DNA of 15,750 bases from Candidatus Micrarchaeota archaeon (GTDB taxonomy: Archaea > Micrarchaeota > Micrarchaeia > Anstonellales > Anstonellaceae). Location: NCBI GenBank assembly GCA_013331805.1, contig DUFS01000078.1:12008-27757 (forward strand), written 5' to 3'. This document shows, piece by piece, positions 1 to 9,643 of the stretch. The position numbers were made by a program, and so were the translations under genes. The notes under the pieces were generated by a model. That model did not search any database. It saw only the letters and a program-made list of their open reading frames with translations, and was not told the DNA's origin. Each line of letters begins with the position of its first letter. Within the stretch, counting starts at the first letter, position 1.

Positions 1-3000
1 TGTCTGCGATTGTGTTGCTGCACTGGGAAATCGAACTGATTGAGAGGTAGATGTCAGTCGCGCCAGTGAATGATGAGCCGGTGATTGTGTTGTTGGAGCT
101 TGAGTAGACGTAGATGCCGTAGCCTGAGGTGGAGGTGCCGGTGGAGTTGGTGATGTTGTTGTTGGAGCTGAAGGCGAGTTCGATGCCGTAGCCTGAGGTG
201 GAGGTGAATGTGGAGTTGGAAATGGTGTTGTTGGAGCTTGAGTAGAGGTCGATGCCGTAGCCGTAGCCTGAGGTGGAGGTGCCGGTGGAGTTGGTGATGT
301 TGTTGCCGGAGCTTGACTGGAGGTAGATGCCGCGATTTGAGGTGGAGGTGCCGGTGGAGTTGGCGATTGTGTTGTTGGAGCTTGTGAGAAGGTAGATGCC
401 GTAGCCTGAGGTGGAGGTGCCGGTGGAGTTGGCGATGGTGTTGTAGTTCGCCCCGTTGTAAAGGTAGATTCCGTATCCGCCTGACCGCGTCGTGCTTGCG
501 GTCGTGTTGCTGACTGTCCCGTTGTCCGCAGTGTTGAAGTAAATCGCGGTGGAGAAGTTGGATACTCGGCAGTTCCTTATCGTGGTGTTGAACTGGTTGG
601 TGCTGATGCCGTAGGTGCCTGAGGCGTTGTTGCCTGTCATGGAGAAGCCCCTGCACTCAAGCGTCACGTTTTCCGCGGTGACATTGAAGCAGGTGGAGCC
701 GGTAATGCTCACGTTCGAAAGAAGCGTGTATGCCGTGTTTGCCACTCCCAGGCTGCCGCAGCTTTGAAGAGGCATTGCTGCAAGTGCTGGCCCATAGTCT
801 GCCCCTCCGCCCACCCACCTGTCAGAGGCAGTTGTCTGGCCGATTGGGTAGTCGCTTCCTCCGTCCGCCCAAATCGTGCCTGCTGAGCTTGCCAAATCCA
901 TGTCCTCAGCACCAACATAGAAGTTGCCCTGCGCAGCTCCTGAAACGCTGGTGTTGAAGCTGTTGCTGCTCCCCCCAGAATTGTTCACCCATAAGCCAGC
1001 GTTGTTGAAATGGTTGTAGTAGAAGAAGTTGCCGGTGGAATTGGAGCTGATGGAAAGGGCGGTTGCGCAGGCTGTGAAGGTGGAGTTGGTGAAATAGTTG
1101 CCTGTGGCAGTGTCAAGAAGCACGCAGTTTGTTGAAGCGGCTGAAAGGCTGGCTTGCAGGTTGAAGAAGGAATTGGATGAGCCTCCAATTACCTTTACTC
1201 CATTCTCAAAGTCAACAAGCTTCACATTCTGCACAGTTATGTTGGTGCCACCTACCACCAGGCCAGAGTGACCGCTTGAGGAGTTGCCTATGATGGAATA
1301 GTTCAGCCCTTCAAACACATAATCGCTTCCCTCCAGCACCAGCCCGTTCTCACCAGGGCAGCTCATGTTGCCTGCAAGCGTGGTTGCGGCTGAAACCGTG
1401 GTGTTGCATGCCTGCCTCATTGTCTTGGTGTCGTTCTGGCTGGAGGAGTACTTGCCATTTATGTAGACATTGACATTGCACTCCCAGCTGTCGCTTTGAT
1501 TGATAATTTCAGAGGAGAGGTTGGAAACCAGCACAGGGGTGTCAACTGGCACGTTTTCCAGGCTGCCTGCCAATGAGGTTTGGTTGGTGCCATTCAGGAA
1601 CCACTCAAAGGACACGTTAAGATAGAGGCTTGGGGCATGGTGAAGGGTGAGATTGCAGCTTATTTCCTGGCCATCGGCTGGATTAACTGGGGATATGCTC
1701 ACGTTTGCCTTGGGATATGATGCCTTGGGATCGGCAAAGAAGAGAGTGCTCCATGACAGGTGCGGCACCGCGTTCCAGAGCATGTCTGCATAGTACTGGT
1801 CCTGCACGAAGTTGTAGGCAAGTATGTCTGGCTTGTTGGAGCCTGAAACAAATGGCTCCTCGCTGCATCCGTATGCAGCAGTGGCGCCCTGAGATATCAT
1901 GTCAGCTGAGAGCCCGTCGATGTTGCCGTGATATGAAGGGGAGGTTTGCCTGGCGGTGAAGGAGTATCTTGGGCTGGCAAGCCCCCCTGGAAGCCAGCTC
2001 ATGTTTGGGAAGGCTGCTGGCACGAAGCTGTTGTACTGGTAGAAGTCTGCGTAGGAAACATTGGTGTAGAAAATGTTTGGGATGGTTGCTGTCTGGGAAT
2101 AGGTGCCTGTGTCGTTGATTGTTATGTTGAAGCCTGCAGCATTCAGCGTGGTGTTCGCCCTCCTGATTTCTGTCTGGAAGGCGCCCGCAGTATTCACCAA
2201 TAACGCGCTTCCGTGATTCCTTTCGTGCTTGCTTATGTTTGCCGAGCGGTCTATCATGCCAATTACATCTGAAACATTGAAGCCGTCCAGCCTGGTAACA
2301 AGGTAAATGCCGAATGCTGCATGAGAGAATGGCACGAAGCCATTGTATGCGCTTGCGGGGTAGTTGGTAGTGAAAAAGGAGGAGGCGTTGTAGTAGGGAT
2401 TGGCAAGCTTTCCGTTTTTGCCTATGTAAATCTCGTAGGAACCGCCCACAAGGGCAAGCTCGGAGTCCACGGATGATGCATTGTAGTTTGAGCCGCCTGT
2501 CGAAGCATAGTCAGCCTCGTCGGTATAGGTGGGCATTCCCTTGGTAAGCACTATGTAGTTGAGTACGCAGCCCGTGCAGTTTCCAACGTACTCCTTTATG
2601 GGCGCAACCACGCTGGCATTCAGCACGCTTACCCTCATCGGAGTATTCTCCCCGTCAGGCAGATATACCTCCACCACGTTTTCCACTCCTCTCCTGTCTA
2701 TGAAATACTGGGAGATGGCAAGCGAGTCGGAGGAGCCCTGCACAGACACCAGCAGGACATCTGAATAGGCATTGTTGGGGGTGGTTGTGTAGTTGAGAAG
2801 CGAGCGGAAGAACCTTAAGGTGGAGTTGGAAGTGCCATCTGCATTCCTGCCGCTGCCCCTGTTGCCAGAGTACCAGGCTGTGGCAGCCTGTGAGGTGGCA
2901 TCAGAGCCGTTGGAGAGATACAGGGGCCAGTGGCCCTTGTTGTAGCTGAACGCAGCCTGGCTCTGGTCGGAGTAGAACTTCTGGTCTGTGCCGTTGTAGT

Positions 3001-4609
3001 CAAGCTCGTTTGCCACCCTGTAAAAGGAGTTGATTGGGGAGTCTGCAAGGTTTATTCCGAAAAGCGCATTGGAGCGCGTGGTGATGTCCTGAAGGGTGTT
3101 GTTTGAGGTGCCGTTGAGGGTGAGCCCTGAAAGGCTGTTGCTTTCAAGCACCGCACTGGCGAGGTTGTTGAGCGCCCCTGTGATGTAAATGCCGTTCCCG
3201 CCGTTGCTTAAGGAAGTTATGGAAGAGATATTGCTGCCATTTGAAGAAACGCTTATGCCGTTCTGGGAGTTTTGCCAGGAGGTGAGATTGGCAAGCGAGC
3301 TGTTGGCAGAATCAAGGAGCATCCCGGTCTCAAACCCGGAAACAGAGCAATTCCAGACCCTGATTGCTGAGGAGGAAGAGGTGAGGTTGAAGCCTGCGGT
3401 GCCATCTGTTCCTGTCCCGTCCACTGCGTAGTTCCTGCAGTCCAGCGTGGTTCCCGCAAGGTTGTCAAGGGTGAAGCAGGTGGAAAGATAATCGCTTATG
3501 CTCTGGTTGAGAACGTAATAGGTGTTGTTCTGTAGGCTGCCTGTGCATGCATCCAAGTAAACCGGAGGGGCTATGGTGAGGCTGTTGGAAAGCACTGCTT
3601 CCCCCTGGCTGTTTCCGTCAGTTGGGGTGACTGATGCCTGCCAGGTGTCGCCTTCCTCTGTCTCTGATGCCGGTATGGTGGTTAAGGTGTGGTTGGCCAG
3701 CCCCTGCTGGTAGTCATACGATATCTTGGCTTGCTGTAGAACATAGGGGTAAAAGCGGAACTCGTCCATGGTGCCGTTGAAGAAATAGCCGCCGTTAGAC
3801 CTTGCACCAATGTACACATCCCTGGTGCTATTTATGTTGACTGATGCGAAACTGGAGATGCCTGCCTTTTCATCCTCCACGCCGTCCACATATATTTTTG
3901 AATAGCCTTGCCTGTCCACTGTCCAGACCACGTGGTGCCAGCTGTCATCGTTGTAGGTCTGGGCGGTATAGCCCTCAGTATAGCTGGTGCCCCTGCCAAG
4001 TATCCACCGTATGGTGCCAGTGTGCCAGTCGTTGTATGCCTCTCCTGCAAATGCCAGGCAGTAGCCAGTGGAATCCGGATACACCCACTTGCAGAATATT
4101 TCCTCGTCCCAACTGTTCACATGGGTACCGTTCTTCCGCACCCATACTTCAATGCTAAAGTTGCCTGTGCCCACATTAAGGGTAGTGTTGTTGGCAAGGG
4201 TGATTACGTCGTCAATGCCGTCAAAGTTGTAAGCCCCGCCTATCATGCCGTTGGGGGTCCAGGTTGGGGCGTAGCTTGCCGTCCCGCCGCCGAGCGTGGC
4301 GTTGTTGCCCGAAATGCTGTAGTCCTTAACCGAGCCGCTGCCCGCGTCTGAAACATTGGTGTCAAAGGGCATGTTCAGTATTGCAATGCTGCTGCCGTTT
4401 CTTCTCCAGTCCACTATTCCAATGGCGCTGTCGCCATCTGCGTCCGTTATGTTGTAGACAAGAGAGAGATCGTCAATGGTGTAGTTGCCAGATGTGGAAC
4501 TGCTCAAATTGACGTTGCCTGCCACAGGCGCTGCCGAGAATGTGGCGTTTGCAAGGACCAGAATAGCAAAACAAGAAAAGATCTTCGGCAAACTGCCAGT
4601 ATAATCCAT
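1..4609 (-). CDS. Giant secreted multidomain surface protein (signal peptide, LamG/concanavalin-like domain, right-handed parallel beta-helix repeats, TIGR03790-like domain, Ig-like segments); 3' end lies outside the window
   Basis: Manual translation from ATG 4609 (MDYTGSLPKIFSCFAILVLANATFSAAP...) stays open and in the same frame to the window edge (...TDIYLSISSISQCSNTIAD), >=1536 codons. It has no in-window stop, so the ORF track omits it. LamG-like motifs GAYNFDGIDD, FSIEVWV, WHHVVWT, KIYVDG, FNGTMDEFRFY at ~4390-3710. Beta-helix GI/NNT coils at ~3560-3030, ~1415-800 and ~765-1. TIGR03790-like motifs YIVLTKGMP, SVDSEL, NPYY, YLVTRLDG, MIDR, GAT..G..EEP, W...FADP at ~2770-1720. Very many N-x-S/T sequons. 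GGTG SD-like site upstream. Confidence 0.9.
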   Translation of the reverse strand, partial: MDYTGSLPKIFSCFAILVLANATFSAAPVAGNVNLSSSTSGNYTIDDLSLVYNITDADGDSAIGIVDWRRNGSSIAILNMPFDTNVSDAGSGSVKDYSISGNNATLGGGTASYAPTWTPNGMIGGAYNFDGIDDVITLANNTTLNVGTGNFSIEVWVRKNGTHVNSWDEEIFCKWVYPDSTGYCLAFAGEAYNDWHTGTIRWILGRGTSYTEGYTAQTYNDDSWHHVVWTVDRQGYSKIYVDGVEDEKAGISSFASVNINSTRDVYIGARSNGGYFFNGTMDEFRFYPYVLQQAKISYDYQQGLANHTLTTIPASETEEGDTWQASVTPTDGNSQGEAVLSNSLTIAPPVYLDACTGSLQNNTYYVLNQSISDYLSTCFTLDNLAGTTLDCRNYAVDGTGTDGTAGFNLTSSSSAIRVWNCSVSGFETGMLLDSANSSLANLTSWQNSQNGISVSSNGSNISSITSLSNGGNGIYITGALNNLASAVLESNSLSGLTLNGTSNNTLQDITTRSNALFGINLADSPINSFYRVANELDYNGTDQKFYSDQSQAAFSYNKGHWPLYLSNGSDATSQAATAWYSGNRGSGRNADGTSNSTLRFFRSLLNYTTTPNNAYSDVLLVSVQGSSDSLAISQYFIDRRGVENVVEVYLPDGENTPMRVSVLNASVVAPIKEYVGNCTGCVLNYIVLTKGMPTYTDEADYASTGGSNYNASSVDSELALVGGSYEIYIGKNGKLANPYYNASSFFTTNYPASAYNGFVPFSHAAFGIYLVTRLDGFNVSDVIGMIDRSANISKHERNHGSALLVNTAGAFQTEIRRANTTLNAAGFNITINDTGTYSQTATIPNIFYTNVSYADFYQYNSFVPAAFPNMSWLPGGLASPRYSFTARQTSPSYHGNIDGLSADMISQGATAAYGCSEEPFVSGSNKPDILAYNFVQDQYYADMLWNAVPHLSWSTLFFADPKASYPKANVSISPVNPADGQEISCNLTLHHAPSLYLNVSFEWFLNGTNQTSLAGSLENVPVDTPVLVSNLSSEIINQSDSWECNVNVYINGKYSSSQNDTKTMRQACNTTVSAATTLAGNMSCPGENGLVLEGSDYVFEGLNYSIIGNSSSGHSGLVVGGTNITVQNVKLVDFENGVKVIGGSSNSFFNLQASLSAASTNCVLLDTATGNYFTNSTFTACATALSISSNSTGNFFYYNHFNNAGLWVNNSGGSSNSFNTSVSGAAQGNFYVGAEDMDLASSAGTIWADGGSDYPIGQTTASDRWVGGGADYGPALAAMPLQSCGSLGVANTAYTLLSNVSITGSTCFNVTAENVTLECRGFSMTGNNASGTYGISTNQFNTTIRNCRVSNFSTAIYFNTADNGTVSNTTASTTRSGGYGIYLYNGANYNTIANSTGTSTSGYGIYLLTSSNNTIANSTGTSTSNRGIYLQSSSGNNITNSTGTSTSGYGYGIDLYSSSNNTISNSTFTSTSGYGIELAFSSNNNITNSTGTSTSGYGIYVYSSSNNTITGSSFTGATDIYLSISSISQCSNTIAD
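81..444 (-). repeat. Five intragenic ~69-bp tandem repeats encoding 23-aa beta-helix coils (consensus NNxIxNSTGTSTSGYGIxLxxSS)
   Basis: GATGCC anchors at 113, 182, 251, 326, 395 (spacing 69, 69, 75, 69) and a degenerate one at 467. Core TGAGGTGGAGGTGCCGGTGGAGTTGG is identical in 4 of 5 units. One unit carries a 6-bp CCGTAG duplication (GYGYG). Confidence 0.92.
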
Positions 4610-4664
4610 TACGCCGCACCGAGATTCTGTGTCGCCTTCCTAATTCTATTTTTTGTTCAGCAGC

Positions 4665-4680
4665 AAAGTATATATAGATA
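4665..4680 (-). promoter_or_regulatory. Candidate TATA box for the surface-protein gene
   Basis: AT-rich AAAGTATATATAGATA in the divergent intergenic region, ~60 bp upstream of ATG 4609; positional inference only. Confidence 0.4.
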
Positions 4681-4718
4681 AGTTAAGTTTCCATCTTTCA
4701 TCAGACAAACAGGAACCG

Positions 4719-4726
4719 TTTTAACC
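4719..4726 (+). promoter_or_regulatory. Candidate TATA box for uvrB (probably leaderless transcript)
   Basis: TTTTAACC starts 29 nt upstream of ATG 4748; no SD site before the ATG. Confidence 0.5.
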
Positions 4727-4747
4727 GAATCATGCCATTTCCATGCC

Positions 4748-6745
4748 ATGCCGGGATACAAACTCGAATCGCCATTCTCGCCTTCAGGGGACCAGCCCGA
4801 GGCAATCGAAAAGCTTGTGCAGGGCGCAAACAAGGAGGGAGTCCAGACCCTGCTCGGAGTGACGGGCTCGGGCAAGACCTTCACAATCGCCAATCTCATC
4901 GCTGCCACTGGAAAGACCTGCCTGGTGATCTCGCACAACAAGACGCTTGCCGCGCAGCTTTACTCGGAATTCAAGCAGTTTTTCCCGAAAAACAAGGTGG
5001 GCTACTTTGTTTCCTATTACGACTATTACCAGCCCGAAAGCTACATCCCCCAGACAGACACCTATATCGAAAAGGACGCGCAGATAAACGAGAAAATCGA
5101 GAGGCTCCGCCTGCAGTCCACTGCCCATCTCCTTTCGCCAGGCCCGGCCGTCATTGTTTCCACGGTTTCCTGCATATACGGCCTTGGCTCGCCCAAGGAA
5201 TGGCTGGATGCATCCGTACAGCTCCAGGCAGGCGCAACCGTGGCCCGCTCCTCACTCCTTGCCTCGCTTATCTCAATCCAGTATGAGAGGAGCGAGTTCG
5301 AGCTTTTGCCCGGGATTTTCCGAGTCAAGGGCAACACCATTGACATTGTTCCTGGCTACCAGCAGGAAATCATCCGGATAATACTGAATGATGACAAAAT
5401 CGAGAGGCTTCAGGTTCTTGAGCCGGTATCCGCCCGCGTGATTGAGGAATTGCAGCAGGTCAGGATCTTCCCTGCCAAGCACTATATTGTCCCGCAAAGC
5501 TCGCGCGAGCGCGCGCTCAGGGACATCAGGCTGGAACTGGAGCAGCGGCTGCCCGAGCTTTCCGACCTGGAAGCGCACAGGCTCAAGATGCGGACAAGAT
5601 ACGATCTGGAGCTGATTGAGGAATTGGGCTACTGCAAGGGGATTGAGAATTATTCGCGGCACTTTGACGGAAGGTCGCCCGGCCAGCCGCCTTACACGCT
5701 CATGGACTTCCTCCCCAAGGACGCGATAATCGTGATAGACGAATCGCATGTAACCATTCCCCAGCTGCACGGAATGTACCATGGCGACCATACACGCAAA
5801 AAAAACCTGGTGGACTACGGCTTCAGGCTGCCCTGCGCGTACGACAACCGGCCGCTGAAATTCGAGGAGTTCGAAAAATACATGAATAACACCGTCTTTG
5901 TTTCAGCGACTCCGTCACAATACGAGCAAGAGCACTCCTTTCAGGTTGTGGAGCAGCTGGTCCGCCCCACTGGCCTCCTTGACCCGCAGGTGTCCATCAG
6001 ACCCACCAAGGGACAAATTGATGACTTGATGAAGGAAGTACAGCTTCGCGCCTCGAAGAACGAAAGGACGCTTGTGACAACGCTCACCAAGAGAATGGCC
6101 GAAGACCTCACAGACTACATGACGCAAAAGGGAGTAAAGGTGCGCTACCTCCACTCCGAGATTGAGACGATTCAGCGGACGGAAATCATCCGCAGGCTAC
6201 GCTTAGGCGAGTTTGACTGCCTGGTGGGGATCAACCTTCTTCGCGAGGGGCTGGACATACCCGAAGTTTCGCTGGTTGCGATACTGGACGCGGACAAGGA
6301 GGGCTTTTTGCGGAACGAGACCTCGCTGGTGCAGACAATCGGAAGGGCTGCCCGAAACATTAACGGAACCGTGATACTGTACTGCGACAGGAGGACAGAG
6401 GCGATTGAGAGCGCGGTGCTGGAAACTGACAGGCGCAGGAGGGTGCAGGATGAGTTCAACCGCAGGCACGGCATTACCCCAAAAACCATCCAAAAGAACG
6501 TGGCGGCCTCGCAGCTTGAGCTTAAGGAGGAGGAAAAGAAGCTTGGGAAAGTCGACCTGCGCGCGCTTGCCATCAACCTGGAGATGGAAATGCAGAAAGC
6601 CGCCGAGGATTTGGACTTCGAGAAGGCGATCGAGCTTCGCGACCAGCTCCTGGACGTTCAGCGCAGCATTGGCGCAAGGAAAACAGGCGCAAAAAAAGCA
6701 GCTGGCAGGAAGGCAGAGAAAAGGGGAAAGAAGGAAAGTGAATAG
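4748..6745 (+). CDS. uvrB: Excinuclease ABC subunit B
   Basis: 665 aa. PSGDQPEAI, Walker A GVTGSGKT, HNKTLAAQL, beta-hairpin FVSYYDYYQPE, DESH, VSATP, GINLLREGLDIPEV, QTIGRAARN and C-terminal UVR coil (LDFEKAIELRD), then a Lys-rich tail. Confidence 0.99.
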   Translation: MPGYKLESPFSPSGDQPEAIEKLVQGANKEGVQTLLGVTGSGKTFTIANLIAATGKTCLVISHNKTLAAQLYSEFKQFFPKNKVGYFVSYYDYYQPESYIPQTDTYIEKDAQINEKIERLRLQSTAHLLSPGPAVIVSTVSCIYGLGSPKEWLDASVQLQAGATVARSSLLASLISIQYERSEFELLPGIFRVKGNTIDIVPGYQQEIIRIILNDDKIERLQVLEPVSARVIEELQQVRIFPAKHYIVPQSSRERALRDIRLELEQRLPELSDLEAHRLKMRTRYDLELIEELGYCKGIENYSRHFDGRSPGQPPYTLMDFLPKDAIIVIDESHVTIPQLHGMYHGDHTRKKNLVDYGFRLPCAYDNRPLKFEEFEKYMNNTVFVSATPSQYEQEHSFQVVEQLVRPTGLLDPQVSIRPTKGQIDDLMKEVQLRASKNERTLVTTLTKRMAEDLTDYMTQKGVKVRYLHSEIETIQRTEIIRRLRLGEFDCLVGINLLREGLDIPEVSLVAILDADKEGFLRNETSLVQTIGRAARNINGTVILYCDRRTEAIESAVLETDRRRRVQDEFNRRHGITPKTIQKNVAASQLELKEEEKKLGKVDLRALAINLEMEMQKAAEDLDFEKAIELRDQLLDVQRSIGARKTGAKKAAGRKAEKRGKKESE

Positions 6746-6772
6746 ACCGACCGGCAAAACGCCGTAGCCACC

Positions 6773-6780
6773 TATTTAAG
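6773..6780 (+). promoter_or_regulatory. Candidate TATA box for uvrA
   Basis: TATTTAAG in the 81-bp uvrB-uvrA gap, ~50 nt upstream of ATG 6827. Confidence 0.45.
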
Positions 6781-6826
6781 TCTTGTTTTGCATAACTTGG
6801 CACCCGAACGGGCACGAGTTGGAAAA

Positions 6827-9643
6827 ATGCAGGAAAAAATAGTGATAAGGGGAGCCAGGCAGCACAACCTCAAGAACATTTCGCTTGAGATTCCCCGCAA
6901 TACGCTTACCGTATTCACCGGCATTTCTGGCTCTGGAAAGTCCACCCTGGCATTCAACACGATCTATGCCGAAGGGCAGCGGAGGTACGTGGAGTCGCTT
7001 TCATCATACGCGCGGCAGTTCCTGGGGGTCATGGGCAAGCCAGACGTGGATTCCATTGACGGCCTTTCCCCCGCAATTTCAATTGAGCAGAAGACAACAA
7101 GCAAAAATCCCCGCTCCACTGTGGGCACAACTACAGAAATATTCGACTACCTGCGCCTCCTTTACGCAAGAATAGGCATACCCCACTGCCCGAAATGCGG
7201 AAAGAGGATAACGACACAGACCACTGACCAGATGGCAAACGCACTGCTTCAGCAAGGTGAGGGAAAAACCGTGCAGGTCATTTCACCCGTGATCAGGGGC
7301 AAGAAGGGAACTTATGAGAAGCTGTTTGACGAATTTCGGCAAAAGGGATACTCCAAAATCCGCCTGAACGGCAATATAATGGAGCTTGGAAGCCGCATTC
7401 CAAAATTGGACAAGAACAAGAAGCACACAATCGAAGTGATCGTGGACAGGTTCACAGCCACAAACCAAAACAGGCAGAGGCTGCTCGAGGCTTTGAAAAC
7501 AGGCATCAAGGAAAGCGGCGAAGGCCTGGTGATTGTGCAACTCGAAAAAAAGGAGCTTCTCTTTTCGCAAAAAAACTCCTGCCCCGAGTGCGGCGTTTCG
7601 GTAGGCGAACTTCAGCCACGGATGTTCTCGTTCAATTCCCCCTATGGAGCCTGCCCGGAATGCCACGGGCTTGGCGTCAAGATTGAGTTTGACATTGACC
7701 TGGTTATCCCTGACAGGAAAAAGACGCTTGCCGAAGGGGCGGTTGCCCCCTGGAAGAACACCATGATGGGCGGCTACTACCATCAGCTGCTGGCTGGCTT
7801 GGGGGAAAAATTCGGCTTTTCCATGAACACGCAGTGGAACGTGCTTCCGGAAAACGCAAGGAAAGCCATCCTTTTTGGCTCGGACGAGAAAATTTCCTAC
7901 AGGCTGGAGTCCAAAAGCGGCGATTCCTCCTGGGAGGGAAGTTCAACGTTTGAGGGAGTCATTCATAACCTGGAAAGGCTTTACAGGCAGACGCACTCCG
8001 AATACAGGCGGCAGGAAATGGAAAAGTTTATGCGCGAGCTTCCATGCCCGTCCTGCAGCGGCAAGAGGCTGATTCCCGAAGTGCTTGCGGTAAAGGTGGG
8101 CGGCAAGGACATAATCGAGGTGACCGACCTTTCGATTGATTCGGCTTATGGATTTTTCACTTCGCTTTCGCTCGGCAAGAGCGAGGAAACCATTGCCAAG
8201 CCTATCTTGCGCGAAATTCTTGCCAGGCTGGACTTCCTGCTGAACGTAGGCGTGGGCTATTTGTCCCTTTCCAGGGTATCGGGCACCCTTTCAGGAGGCG
8301 AGGCGCAAAGGATCAGGCTGGCCACGCAGATAGGATCGAATTTGACCGGCGTGCTTTACGTTCTTGACGAGCCTTCGATTGGCCTGCACCAGCGTGACAA
8401 TGCAAAGCTCATATCCACCCTCAAATCCCTTCGCGACCTTGGCAACACGCTCATTGTGGTGGAGCACGACGAGGAAACAATGAGGAATTCCGACTTCATG
8501 GTGGACCTGGGGCCGGGGGCAGGCGTGCACGGCGGCAGGGTGATGGCTGCAGGGACACCCAAGGAAATCGAAAAGAACAAGGAGTCGCTCACAGGCGCCT
8601 ACTTGCGGGGAGAGCAGTTCATCCCAACCCCCAAGATTCGCAGAAAGGCACCAAATTGGATGACCATAAAAGGCGCCAGCGAAAACAACCTCAAAAAAAT
8701 CGATGTGAAAATCCCGCTTGGAGTTTTCGTTGGCATAACCGGAGTGTCGGGCTCGGGCAAATCAACGCTCATAAATGAAATTCTTTACAAGGCGCTCATG
8801 AAGCGAATAAACAATTCAAGGGACGAGCCGGGAACGTTCGAAAGATTGGAGGGCGCTGAAAACGTAACGAATGTGATTGCGATTGACCAGTCGCCCATTG
8901 GAAGGACGCCCCGCTCCAATCCGGCAACCTATATTGGGGCATTTACTCCGATCCGCGAGCTTTTCGCAGGAACGCAGGAGGCAAGGGCGAGGGGGTATGA
9001 GCCTGGGCAGTTCTCCTTCAACGTGCAAAAAGGCAGGTGCCAGGCGTGCGAAGGGGACGGGGTGAAGAAAATCGAGATGAACTTCCTTCCCGACGTTTAC
9101 GTCACCTGCGAGGAGTGCGAAGGCAAGCGATATGACACCGAAACCCTGCAAATCCGCTACAAGGGCAAGAGCATACATGATGTGCTTTCAATGAGCGTGG
9201 AGGAGGCATTGAATTTCTTCCAGAACATTCCCGCTGTAAAGAACAAGCTGGAGACCATGAACGATGTTGGCTTGGGCTACATATCGGTCGGCCAGCCCGC
9301 CACAACGCTTTCGGGAGGCGAGGCGCAGAGGATAAAGCTTGCGGCAGAACTTTCCAAGCGGGACACGGGCTCCACTTTCTACATTCTGGACGAGCCCACT
9401 ACGGGCTTGCACTTTGCCGATGTTTCAAAGCTGCTTGCAGTGCTGCAGCGCCTGGTGGACAAGGGGAACACAGTGCTGGTGATCGAGCATAACCTGGATG
9501 TTGTGAAGACCGCTGACCACCTTATTGACCTGGGACCGGAAGGGGGTGATGATGGCGGGGAAATTGTCGCAACCGGCACGCCCGAAGAATTGGCAAAGGA
9601 CAAGAACAGCTATACCGGGCAGTACCTCAAAAGGGTGCTTTAA
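6827..9643 (+). CDS. uvrA: Excinuclease ABC subunit A
   Basis: Start set at ATG 6827 ([18 protein letters not shown], canonical UvrA N-terminus), 938 aa. Two Walker A motifs ([16 protein letters not shown]), two LSGGEAQRI signatures, LDEP motifs and CxxC zinc-finger pairs. Confidence 0.99.
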   Translation: MQEKIVIRGARQHNLKNISLEIPRNTLTVFTGISGSGKSTLAFNTIYAEGQRRYVESLSSYARQFLGVMGKPDVDSIDGLSPAISIEQKTTSKNPRSTVGTTTEIFDYLRLLYARIGIPHCPKCGKRITTQTTDQMANALLQQGEGKTVQVISPVIRGKKGTYEKLFDEFRQKGYSKIRLNGNIMELGSRIPKLDKNKKHTIEVIVDRFTATNQNRQRLLEALKTGIKESGEGLVIVQLEKKELLFSQKNSCPECGVSVGELQPRMFSFNSPYGACPECHGLGVKIEFDIDLVIPDRKKTLAEGAVAPWKNTMMGGYYHQLLAGLGEKFGFSMNTQWNVLPENARKAILFGSDEKISYRLESKSGDSSWEGSSTFEGVIHNLERLYRQTHSEYRRQEMEKFMRELPCPSCSGKRLIPEVLAVKVGGKDIIEVTDLSIDSAYGFFTSLSLGKSEETIAKPILREILARLDFLLNVGVGYLSLSRVSGTLSGGEAQRIRLATQIGSNLTGVLYVLDEPSIGLHQRDNAKLISTLKSLRDLGNTLIVVEHDEETMRNSDFMVDLGPGAGVHGGRVMAAGTPKEIEKNKESLTGAYLRGEQFIPTPKIRRKAPNWMTIKGASENNLKKIDVKIPLGVFVGITGVSGSGKSTLINEILYKALMKRINNSRDEPGTFERLEGAENVTNVIAIDQSPIGRTPRSNPATYIGAFTPIRELFAGTQEARARGYEPGQFSFNVQKGRCQACEGDGVKKIEMNFLPDVYVTCEECEGKRYDTETLQIRYKGKSIHDVLSMSVEEALNFFQNIPAVKNKLETMNDVGLGYISVGQPATTLSGGEAQRIKLAAELSKRDTGSTFYILDEPTTGLHFADVSKLLAVLQRLVDKGNTVLVIEHNLDVVKTADHLIDLGPEGGDDGGEIVATGTPEELAKDKNSYTGQYLKRVL

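Noticed and set aside
81..444. Repeats as a CRISPR array
   Set aside because: Unit lengths are multiples of 3, the intervening parts are homologous to each other, the whole is in-frame coding, and no cas genes are present.
81..470. Diversity-generating retroelement TR/VR pair
   Set aside because: Differences between units are not confined to adenine positions and no reverse transcriptase is in the window.
54..656. 200-aa His/Gln/Leu-rich ORF in the track
   Set aside because: Alternative-frame shadow of the Asn/Ser/Thr-rich repeat region of the real surface-protein frame.
700..4360. Numerous short ORFs on both strands within the surface-protein gene
   Set aside because: All overlap the long open minus-strand frame and show no recognisable motifs.
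6788..6826. 13-aa N-terminal extension of UvrA from TTG 6788
   Set aside because: UvrA similarity starts at ATG 6827, and the TTG lies upstream of the predicted transcription start.
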